50,170 bases of DNA from Spirochaetota bacterium (GTDB lineage: Bacteria > Spirochaetota > UBA4802 > UBA5368), in NCBI GenBank assembly GCA_018263175.1, contig JADFDB010000003.1:1-50170 (forward strand), given 5' to 3'. Made by a program: the position numbers and the translations under genes. The stretch's first letter is position 1; each line of letters begins with the position of its first letter. This document shows positions 1 to 7,430 of this stretch, piece by piece. Under the pieces are notes generated by a model, which made no database searches, had not been told where the DNA came from, and was given only the letters and a program-made list of their open reading frames with translations.

Positions 1-113
1 TCGAGAAACTGATAAATCGGCGTGATATGACCGCCGCTGAGGGTAAAGATGTACTCCACGCCCCTGTCGATGAGCGCTTCAGCCGCCAGCTGTCCTCCGA
101 TAACCTTGTCCAT
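1..113 (-). CDS. Thiamine-pyrophosphate-binding enzyme (acetolactate synthase-like), N-terminal part; runs off the window
   Basis: Manual translation from ATG at 113: MDKVIGGQLAAEALIDRGVEYIFTLSGGHITPIYQFL, a typical TPP-enzyme N-terminus (GG.L.A..L...GV..IF.L.GGHI). AGGGAG SD upstream. Not in the ORF track. Confidence 0.85.
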   Translation of the reverse strand, partial: MDKVIGGQLAAEALIDRGVEYIFTLSGGHITPIYQFL

Positions 114-136
114 TACGTTTTCTCCCTTGATTTGAT

Positions 137-226
137 TAGACTTGTTGCGAATTTTGGAAATATCGGTGTTCCCCCCCGCCTGCGGAGGGGAACCCGGTCC
201 CGGTCCCAAATTAAACAACAACTCTA
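137..226. repeat. ~90-bp MITE/REP-like element, copy 1
   Basis: Ends TAGACTTGTTG...CAACAACTCTA; central CCCCGCC-TGC-GGAGGGG hairpin. Aligns end to end with the reverse complement of 13414-13502. Confidence 0.8.
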
Positions 227-262
227 TTATACGGCGTGGCCATGCCCCGCCACGAATATTTC

Positions 263-1099
263 CTACAGCTCCATGCACTGCCCGCCGTCCAGGTTGAGCG
301 CCTGGCCGGTGATATAGCGCGATTCCTCCGACGCGAGGAAGGCCGCTAGAGCCCCCGCATCGCGTATTTCGCCGATGTACCCGAGGGGGATGGTTGTACA
401 CATCTCCTTCTCGCGCTCCTCGACCGTCGTGTTAAAGACCTGTGCCTCGAGGCCGAAACGCCACCTCTCGAGATCGGTCATGATCTGCCCAGGGCAAATG
501 GCGTTCACGCGAATGTTCGCCGCCCCGAGCTCCTTCGCCATAGTTTTGGTGAGCATGATGACGCCCGCCTTGGCCACGGCGTACGCGCTGTTGAATATGG
601 GAGGCACCTTGCCCGCGCGGGAAGCGGTATTGATGATCGACGCGGGCTTCCCGAACATAAGCGGAACCAGGGCGCGCGAGACCCGAAACACGCTGAAGAG
701 GTTGACGTCGACCGTCCGTAGCCACGCCGCCTCGTCGTAGCTCATGACGGTGTTGGGGACGCCGAAGGACGCACCCGCGTTGTTGCAGAGAATGTCGACG
801 TGATCGAAGTTCTTTTTTATCGCTTCGACCGCCGCGCCGATCGAAGCGTTATCGACAACGTCCATGGGCACCGCGATGGCCTTCACACCGTAGGTTTTTC
901 CGAGTTCCGCGGCGATCGTTTCCATCTCGTCGATGGAACCGATCTTGACGGGGTCGTCCTTGCCGGCCTGTTTCCCCAGATCGGATATTATGACATTGGT
1001 ACCGCTCGAGGCGAGCTTTTCGGCTATGCCGTACCCCATGCCGGTTTTCTTGCCCGAGCCGGTGATCAGCGCCGTCTTGCCCTTTAAATCTTCATACAT
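263..1099 (-). CDS. SDR family NAD(P)-dependent oxidoreductase
   Basis: TGSGKKTGMG Rossmann motif, NNAG, YAVAK catalytic motif, NAICPG. Start MYEDLKGK at 1099 has a GGAGG SD. Confidence 0.92.
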   Translation of the reverse strand: MYEDLKGKTALITGSGKKTGMGYGIAEKLASSGTNVIISDLGKQAGKDDPVKIGSIDEMETIAAELGKTYGVKAIAVPMDVVDNASIGAAVEAIKKNFDHVDILCNNAGASFGVPNTVMSYDEAAWLRTVDVNLFSVFRVSRALVPLMFGKPASIINTASRAGKVPPIFNSAYAVAKAGVIMLTKTMAKELGAANIRVNAICPGQIMTDLERWRFGLEAQVFNTTVEEREKEMCTTIPLGYIGEIRDAGALAAFLASEESRYITGQALNLDGGQCMEL

Positions 1100-1181
1100 G
1101 TCGAACCTCCGTAACAGGGCTGTGAGCGACCGTGCCGGCGGGCCGAAAAACACTATGGCACGCCATGCCCCTATTAAATAA

Positions 1182-1231
1182 ATGAATGACGCTCATATTA
1201 TGAATTATATTCATCGCCCTCGGGGCGTCAA
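1182..1231 (-). promoter_or_regulatory. Sigma70 promoter of the SDR gene with two tandem palindromic operators
   Basis: Minus strand TTGACG (1231-1226), 16 nt, TATAAT (1209-1204). Palindromes ATGAATTATATTCAT (1200-1214) and ATGAATGACGCTCAT (1182-1196). Confidence 0.6.
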
Positions 1232-1502
1232 TATATTTTTACTATTAATTTTAATTTATATAGTTCATCCGGGCAATCCTTTTAAACGAGACAGGGGCAA
1301 TGGGGATGGCTTCGCTCGGCTATATCCGTTCCGATTGGATACGGCGCGTCCAGTCAAACCATGCTGCCAAAAGGAACGCCGTCTGGAAAGAATCAATTGC
1401 CGGCCGGCGACGGGCAATCGCACGCATCAGTGCAATAAAATTCTTGCACCCCGCCGGCCGAAGCGATAGCATTTGAGTACGACAAACGCTTGGAGCGTCA
1501 TC

Positions 1503-2405
1503 ATGGCATCACGCACATACCCCTTTTACCTCTACATCGGCGTGTTTCTCATACTCTTCATGCAGCTCTTCATCTTCCTCGACGAGCGGCAACTGACGAC
1601 CTGGGCCACGCCGATCTTCTGGACGGGCCTCATCCTCGTCCTCGACGCCGTGCTCTACGGCGCGGCCCGGCGCTCGCTCATCAAGACGGGCGCCATCCTG
1701 CCTGTCGCCGCCATATCGGTAATCGGCTGGTGGGTGTTCGAGTGGTTCAACATCTTCCTCTCCAACTGGCACTACGAAAATCTCGTCGATTCGCCCTGGC
1801 TCCTCTACCCGGCATACGTCTGGTCGTTCGCCACCATCATCCCCGGAATTTTTCTTCTCTATGGCGTGATGTTAACGCTCGTCCGGAACCTCACGGCCCG
1901 TCCCTTCCCGGCTGGCCGGCGCGTGCTCACCGCCTTTTTCATCACGGGGCTCTTCTTCCTCTTCATCCCGATCGTTCCGTTCTCGATGTACTATGTCAAC
2001 CGCGCCGCGGACGCCACGCTCTTTTCGTTTCTCTCGTGGGCGGCGAACACCTATTACTCCGAGTACACGGCCGCGTTCGTGTGGCTCGGCTTTGCCCTGC
2101 TCCTCGAGCCCGTGAATTTCCTCATGGGGAACCCGTCACTGTTGCGCCGCATGTCGCGCGGCGATTACCGGCCGCTCGTGGTGCTCGGCCTTTCGGGCCT
2201 GCTCTGCGGCTATCTGTGGGAATTCTGGAACTACTGGGCGCACACCAAATGGCACTACACCGTTCCCATCCTGGGAAACATCAAGCTCTTCGAGATGCCC
2301 GTGCTCGGCTACCTCGGCTTCATCCCCTTCGCCTGGGAGCTCTACGCCATGGTCGCGCTCGTCTATCCGCGCGCCATCCATATCATCGAGGGCGAAGCGG
2401 CATGA
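1503..2405 (+). CDS. Uncharacterised multi-pass membrane protein
   Basis: About 8 hydrophobic segments; repeated motif FEWFN..WHY / WEFWN..WHY; host-like codon usage; GGAG SD before ATG 1503. Confidence 0.8.
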   Translation: MASRTYPFYLYIGVFLILFMQLFIFLDERQLTTWATPIFWTGLILVLDAVLYGAARRSLIKTGAILPVAAISVIGWWVFEWFNIFLSNWHYENLVDSPWLLYPAYVWSFATIIPGIFLLYGVMLTLVRNLTARPFPAGRRVLTAFFITGLFFLFIPIVPFSMYYVNRAADATLFSFLSWAANTYYSEYTAAFVWLGFALLLEPVNFLMGNPSLLRRMSRGDYRPLVVLGLSGLLCGYLWEFWNYWAHTKWHYTVPILGNIKLFEMPVLGYLGFIPFAWELYAMVALVYPRAIHIIEGEAA

Positions 2406-2605
2406 TCACCGTCGTGGAGAACAGGACCTGCGAGGCGTGCCGGGCGAAGGAGGCCGTAGTGCTCTGCAACGGCTGCGGAAAGGCCCTCTGCGCGAACTGC
2501 CGCGTCTTCGACCTCTGGTGCTACGGCTGCGGCCACGGCGATCCGCGCGCCTTCTGCAAAAGCTGCAACGACAACCCCGAGATCAACGTCTGGAAGGGGC
2601 CATGA
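2402..2605 (+). CDS. Small Cys-rich (B-box-like) zinc-finger protein, 67 aa
   Basis: MITVVENRTCEACRAKEAVVLCNGCGKALCANCRVFDLWCYGCGHGDPRAFCKSCNDNPEINVWKGP with five CxxC pairs. ATGA overlap with the upstream stop. Hidden at the end of the spurious 1490..2605 ORF. Confidence 0.8.
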   Translation: MITVVENRTCEACRAKEAVVLCNGCGKALCANCRVFDLWCYGCGHGDPRAFCKSCNDNPEINVWKGP

Positions 2606-2753
2606 CGAAGCGAGAGCTGCCGGCGCGCCCACGGATGAGCTGCGCGAGATGTGCGACCTGAAGATACGTGCGCGCATAAAGAGGTACGGAGCGGTGTAAA
2701 AGAGTGCAACAATCCCTCGGCACTGTAGCCATATCATGGATGCCAAAATGAAT

Positions 2754-2782
2754 TTGACAGTGCACGTATGCCTCTATATGGT
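2754..2782 (+). promoter_or_regulatory. Sigma70 promoter of hicBA
   Basis: TTGACA-17 nt-TATGGT upstream of hicB. Confidence 0.5.
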
Positions 2783-2845
2783 TCAGTAAGGCATTTACAC
2801 CCGCGGCCGTTCGATGCCACCTTAATTTTGGACAAGAGGGACGCA

Positions 2846-3064
2846 ATGAAATCGGAATTTACCGCTATCATCGAACCCGCCCCCGAAGGGGGGTACTGGG
2901 CCATATGCCCCGAAATTCCCGGCGCAAACGGGCAGGGAGAAACGATTGAGGAAGCGAAAAACAACCTCCGCGAAGCGATAGAATTGATTTTCGAAGACCG
3001 CAGGGCTGATGTTCTTCGCGGCCTGCCCGAAGACGCGATACGGGAAACGGTCTCCATCGGATGA
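2846..3064 (+). CDS. hicB: HicB family antitoxin (short, no DNA-binding C-terminal domain)
   Basis: EGGYWAICPEIPGANGQGETIEEAKNNLREAIEL, the HicB partial RNase H fold signature; GAGGG SD before ATG 2846. Confidence 0.9.
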   Translation: MKSEFTAIIEPAPEGGYWAICPEIPGANGQGETIEEAKNNLREAIELIFEDRRADVLRGLPEDAIRETVSIG

Positions 3065-3240
3065 AGCGGAGGGACCTCGAGAAGAAATTGCGGGTTGCCG
3101 GCTGCTACCTGAAACGAGAGGGAAGCTCGCATTCGCTCTGGATCAACCCGAACAACGGCGTTATAGAAGCCATCCCCCGTCACAGGGAAATCAAGGAACC
3201 CCTGGCACGAAAAATATTAAAAAATATGAACGCGGAATAG
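3061..3240 (+). CDS. hicA: HicA family mRNA interferase toxin, 59 aa
   Basis: Manual translation MKRRDLEKKLRVAGCYLKREGSSHSLWINPNNGVIEAIPRHREIKEPLARKILKNMNAE; G.SH catalytic His and IPRH.EI motif; ATGA overlap with hicB. Below the ORF-track cutoff. Confidence 0.92.
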   Translation: MKRRDLEKKLRVAGCYLKREGSSHSLWINPNNGVIEAIPRHREIKEPLARKILKNMNAE

Positions 3241-3301
3241 CACGCTCCCATGCATTTCCTCGTTTCTTGACATTACCCCCCGCCGGACGTACACTCAGGC
3301 C

Positions 3302-3736
3302 ATGAGCACGCCCGACCTCACCCGCTTCCGCGAAATCTGCACGCGCATCGCCGACGGCATGCCTCCCGGCTGTTCCTGGAAATGGGACGAGCGTTTCAAC
3401 GCCGCCCTCATGGCCTTCGAGGCGGCCGAGAAGGAGCGCGTGTTCGGCGCGGTCATCAATGAGTTTGTCCAGCACTGGGATGTCGGCAGCATCGCCACGG
3501 CCTCCGCGCGTGTGCGCGGCATCGTCGACTCGACCTTCGAGATCCGGCCGGGCCAGCTCATATTCGCCTCCGAGGCGAACGGCGACTTTATTTTGCTCGC
3601 GGCCTGGTGGCCCTGGGCGAACGGAAGCATCATCTCTATGCGCATCGGGCTCTACTCCACGGGGAAGGCGCCGCTCGCGCCGAAAGAGGCCGCGCGGTGC
3701 CTGCGGGAGTGGCTGGGTGTGAAAGAGGAGGGGTGA
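3302..3736 (+). CDS. Hypothetical protein
   Basis: 144-aa ORF with host-like codon usage and a Trp-rich motif (AAWWPWANG); promoter TTGACA-17-TACACT at 3267-3295. Confidence 0.75.
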   Translation: MSTPDLTRFREICTRIADGMPPGCSWKWDERFNAALMAFEAAEKERVFGAVINEFVQHWDVGSIATASARVRGIVDSTFEIRPGQLIFASEANGDFILLAAWWPWANGSIISMRIGLYSTGKAPLAPKEAARCLREWLGVKEEG

Positions 3737-3743
3737 AGACAAG

Positions 3744-3932
3744 ATGGTAATTGCGGACGCGGCCCGCCCGGTACGCACCGTGTCACTCAGGGGATTTATC
3801 ATAAAAACAGTACGGGTCCATGTCCCTGAAGGGGTCGAGCCCCTGCCCGAAGGCCGTGGCGCAGCCGTAGCCGGCACAGCCGCCGAACGCTTCCTTGCCG
3901 TCGCGCACCCGGACGATATTGACCTTTTTTAA
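3744..3932 (+). pseudogene. Probable N-terminal remnant of a PIG-L/LmbE-family deacetylase
   Basis: Ends ...ERFLAVAHPDDIDLF*. AHPDD is the PIG-L metal-binding motif, but the ORF stops four codons later. Confidence 0.45.
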
Positions 3933-4003
3933 TTATTGCTACGCTGTTTTCCGTCAGGCTCGTCTGCGACTAACATGTATCTCCTCCTGGAAAAGAGAAC
4001 TCC

Positions 4004-4160
4004 GTTACTTTCTTTCGTGGGGCGAAAGAAAGTAACCAAAGAAAGCCCCGCTCAGACGCCGCTCGGCTTGTCTTGTCGGTTTTCCCTCTTCCCTCCTCCA
4101 GGGCTGCGGACAATCCATCCGTGGAATATCCTCGCCCGCGACACGTCGTGTGCCGCTGCG
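4004..4160. repeat. Structured palindromic element (GTTACTTTCTTTCG/CGAAAGAAAGTAAC-CAAAGAAAG type)
   Basis: Perfect 14-bp stem 4004-4036, repeated AAAGAAAG, then two small hairpins (CCA-TCCG-TGG and ACAC-GTC-GTGT). Single copy in the window. Confidence 0.45.
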
Positions 4161-4393
4161 CAATGGGCTTTTTGATTTTAAAGAACTGGAAGATGAGAAT
4201 ATCCATCTGTTCTAATCATACCCATAGTACTTCCGATCTCTAGGGGTCATCTCAACGGTCGCCGATATAACGGCAATAATCGCTTGTGACACTAAATTTC
4301 TCATATTGATCGCGGGATCCTTCTTCAATTTCAATGTCCGCAGCAGGTGCTTTCCAAAAACAAGACTTTTGACGACTATTATAAAAAAGTCAA

Positions 4394-4484
4394 TAGACTT
4401 GTTTCATCTCTTGTGAATATCGGGTATCCTCCCGCCGCGGGCGGGGGGATACCCGATATAATTCCCAGCCATGAAACAACTCTG
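4394..4484. repeat. ~90-bp MITE/REP-like element, copy 2
   Basis: TAGACTTGTTTCAT...ATGAAACAACTCTG; central 20-bp stem ATATCGGGTATCCTCCCGCC-GCG-GGCGGGGGGATACCCGATAT with one G-T pair. Confidence 0.8.
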
Positions 4485-4489
4485 ATAAT

Positions 4490-4575
4490 TACTGCGTTAT
4501 ATACCATATTCCAATTGCATGGCAATAAACCGCATACCCTTTTCGTTCAGGCAGACGTGGTATAAAACAGCTCTA
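4490..4575. repeat. Possible degenerate copy of the same element
   Basis: Inverted ends GTTATATACCA / TGGTATAAAAC, right end ...AAACAGCTCTA, similar length, but no GC hairpin core. Confidence 0.3.
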
Positions 4576-4776
4576 CCGGAAAATACGGTGATATAAAACC
4601 GATGAATTCCCACGACAACCCCCTCCGGGGGTGGCGCGGTGCGCCGGGGGCTTGTGTTCGGGCGTGGAAGACGACCGATGTGGACGCGATGAGGCCCCTC
4701 GGCGGTGATGCAGCGATATGACGTACCACCGGTACAACGAAATATTCTCCGTTCTACCCAATTCCCCACATTCCTG

Positions 4777-4805
4777 TTGACGCAGCGCCCGCCCCGTGCT
4801 ATATT
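4777..4805 (+). promoter_or_regulatory. Sigma70 promoter of ssrA
   Basis: TTGACG-17 nt-TATATT with an extended -10 TG, 10 nt before the mature 5' end. Confidence 0.7.
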
Positions 4806-4815
4806 GCACGGTGCA

Positions 4816-5167
<352 letters not shown>

Positions 5168-5172
5168 GCGTT

Positions 5173-6150
5173 CTATCCCACCATGGGGTTCGGAAGCACC
5201 GTTTCCGAAAGTCCGGCCCTCGCGACGAAGCCCTCGTCGAGCCCGAACATCTCCCGCGACAATGCGTCGATGAGCACGATGGTGCCCGAGGCGGCGAGCG
5301 CCTCCGCCGAGGCCGCGAGTTCCCCGCGAACGGCGTCACCAGTCCGGACTATCACCGTGTCCCAGAACCGGTCCTCGGTGGCCCGATTGATGTACCGCGC
5401 GGTGTTCGCATCGATCACCGAGATCGTCTCCGGGCCGAGCGAGGCGGCCCAGCGCAGGAAGAGCGGAAGCTCATGGAGGTTGAGGGGCGTGACGAGGTAT
5501 TTGAGATGTGCGGTCGTCTTCTTCCGCCACACCAGTTCCGTGGCGAAGCGGCGCGTCTTCTCGAGCTCCATGCAGGTGATGCGCCGATAGGTCTCATCCT
5601 GGAAGCCGTAGACCGACACCAGCACGTTAAAAAAGAGCGATTCAACCTCCGGCAGCATGCCTTCGTCCACGTTCCCGTTCGTGATCAGGGCCAGCGGGAT
5701 ATCCGGCCGCCTGGCCGCAAGCGCCCGCAGCCATTCCATGGTCCGCTTCTGAATGAGCACCTCGCCCCCCTGTACCACTATGTGGTTGATCGACGGAAGG
5801 CCCGCGATGAGCCGCTCGAGGTCGGCGTAGTACTCATATCCCCCGCGCGACGAGGGGGCGTCCACGCAGCACATGGCACAGCGTCCGTTACAGGCGAGGC
5901 CCGTTTCGACGTTCAGCTTGTAGTCCCTCGGATCGGAGGGACCGCCTTTTCTGAGGGTAAACGAGGCGCAGCGGCAGGTCCCCTCGAAGGCGCGTATGCG
6001 CTCCTCGAGGTCGCGGTCGGTTATATGGCCGATGCGGAGGGCGGGGACGTTCCACGTAAGGCAGCAGGGATAAACGCCCCCGCTCGATGTGACGAAAAGC
6101 TCCCGGTAATGGCACGGCCGCTCCGTGCCGGGAGTACAGGGCGAACGCAT
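5173..6150 (-). CDS. Radical SAM protein with an N-terminal SPASM/twitch-like Cys domain
   Basis: CNGRCAMC (CX3CX2C), GGE and ITNG motifs; N-terminal C..LFV.SSG.VYPCC...IGHI. Confidence 0.85.
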   Translation of the reverse strand: MRSPCTPGTERPCHYRELFVTSSGGVYPCCLTWNVPALRIGHITDRDLEERIRAFEGTCRCASFTLRKGGPSDPRDYKLNVETGLACNGRCAMCCVDAPSSRGGYEYYADLERLIAGLPSINHIVVQGGEVLIQKRTMEWLRALAARRPDIPLALITNGNVDEGMLPEVESLFFNVLVSVYGFQDETYRRITCMELEKTRRFATELVWRKKTTAHLKYLVTPLNLHELPLFLRWAASLGPETISVIDANTARYINRATEDRFWDTVIVRTGDAVRGELAASAEALAASGTIVLIDALSREMFGLDEGFVARAGLSETVLPNPMVG

Positions 6151-6155
6151 GTGCG

Positions 6156-6806
6156 CTATCGCCGCAGAAAATCCAGGTCGTCGAGGGTGTGTACCAGACG
6201 CTCGCTCGCCCTGTCCATAAACCGCTGCTTTAGCCGCGCGGCGCTCGTCTCGTTCACCTCGAACGAATCGTGCTGGCGGTCGAGGTACACGACCTTTAGC
6301 TCCCGGTCGAGCACGCAGAGGACCGAGTCGAAATCGAAAAACTGCATCTCGAGCGAGATGACCCCATAGACCTCGTAGATGGCGATCCCATCGCAGTCGT
6401 TCTCGGCGACGATCCGCCGGAGCTCGGTCTCGTTGGCGCGGATGAACTCGTTCAGCACCCCGGTCGCCTTGAATTTCAGGAATCCGCCGTCCCCGTCGGT
6501 CTGATAAAAACGCTCATCCTCCTCGCCGAACGAACACACGTTCTCCCCGCACGACTGGACGATTATGAGCTTCTTCAGCGGCTTTGCCGCGGCGAGCCAG
6601 TTGGTCAGGTTTTTTGTCTGCTCGTCCCCGCCAATCTTGCTCTTTTTCGAGAGACGAAGGACGATGCACGCGCTCTTCATTTTTTTCAGAGCGCTTCCGC
6701 TCGACATCTCCTTCGACACGGAATAGGTCGAGCAGGAGACCGCGAGCGCGGCGGCCACAAGGGCCGGTATGCAGACAGAGCGTTTAAAAATTCCGGAATG
6801 ATTCAT
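6156..6806 (-). CDS. Hypothetical lipoprotein
   Basis: Start MNHSGIFKR at 6806 with AAGGA SD; signal peptide ending in lipobox LAVS-C. Confidence 0.75.
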   Translation of the reverse strand: MNHSGIFKRSVCIPALVAAALAVSCSTYSVSKEMSSGSALKKMKSACIVLRLSKKSKIGGDEQTKNLTNWLAAAKPLKKLIIVQSCGENVCSFGEEDERFYQTDGDGGFLKFKATGVLNEFIRANETELRRIVAENDCDGIAIYEVYGVISLEMQFFDFDSVLCVLDRELKVVYLDRQHDSFEVNETSAARLKQRFMDRASERLVHTLDDLDFLRR

Positions 6807-6850
6807 TCGCGTTTCCTTTCTCGTTCGTGGTGCGCGGCCGTTTATCTTCT

Positions 6851-7423
6851 TCAGGCCGCCAGTCCCTTCCCCAGATTGAAGGCCTTCAGGTTCATGTCGA
6901 CGAATTTTTCCTTCACCAGGGCGCGTATCGCGGCGGCCCACTGCTCGTCCGTAAACTCAAGGTAGTTCGAGAGCGCGCCGAGCATCACGATGTTGAGTGC
7001 CTTGGCGCTTCCGACCTCCTTCAGGGCCGCTTTCGTGTCGAGCACAAGGTGCTTTTTAACGTTCGCCTTCAGCCAGTCCTCTATGTCGGCCGGGTATTGC
7101 TCGAGCCCCGCGGCGACCGGCGCGGGATCGATCTTCTCGCGGTTGACGATGATCATTCCATCGCCTTTAAGGTACTCGAGCTTGCGCATGGTCTCGAGGA
7201 GCTCCAGGCATACGACGAAATCCGCCGTCCCCTTCTCGATGAGCGGCGAGTACACCTTCTCGCCGAAGCGCACGTGGCAGTCGACGCTCCCGCCGCGCTG
7301 GGCCATGCCGTGCACCTCCGACTCCTTTACGTCGTAGCCGGCGGCCATCGCCGCCTCCATCAGTATCTTGCTGGCGAGGATCACTCCCTGACCGCCAACC
7401 CCCGCGAAAATAACGTTCTTCAT
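6851..7423 (-). CDS. iorB: Indolepyruvate:ferredoxin oxidoreductase beta subunit
   Basis: GVGGQGVILAS and EVHGMAQRGGSV motifs. Confidence 0.93.
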   Translation of the reverse strand: MKNVIFAGVGGQGVILASKILMEAAMAAGYDVKESEVHGMAQRGGSVDCHVRFGEKVYSPLIEKGTADFVVCLELLETMRKLEYLKGDGMIIVNREKIDPAPVAAGLEQYPADIEDWLKANVKKHLVLDTKAALKEVGSAKALNIVMLGALSNYLEFTDEQWAAAIRALVKEKFVDMNLKAFNLGKGLAA

Positions 7424-7430
7424 AGCGGCC

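Noticed and set aside
1490-2401. 371-aa ORF 1490..2605 as one protein
   Set aside because: The first ~300 codons are an Arg/His-rich shadow frame of the membrane-protein gene; only the last 67 aa are credible.
2602-2699. Possible frameshifted gene remnant (MTKRELPAR... / ...TDELREMCDLKIRARIKRYGAV*)
   Set aside because: Coupled by an ATGA overlap but too short and with no recognisable motif; cannot be supported without a search.
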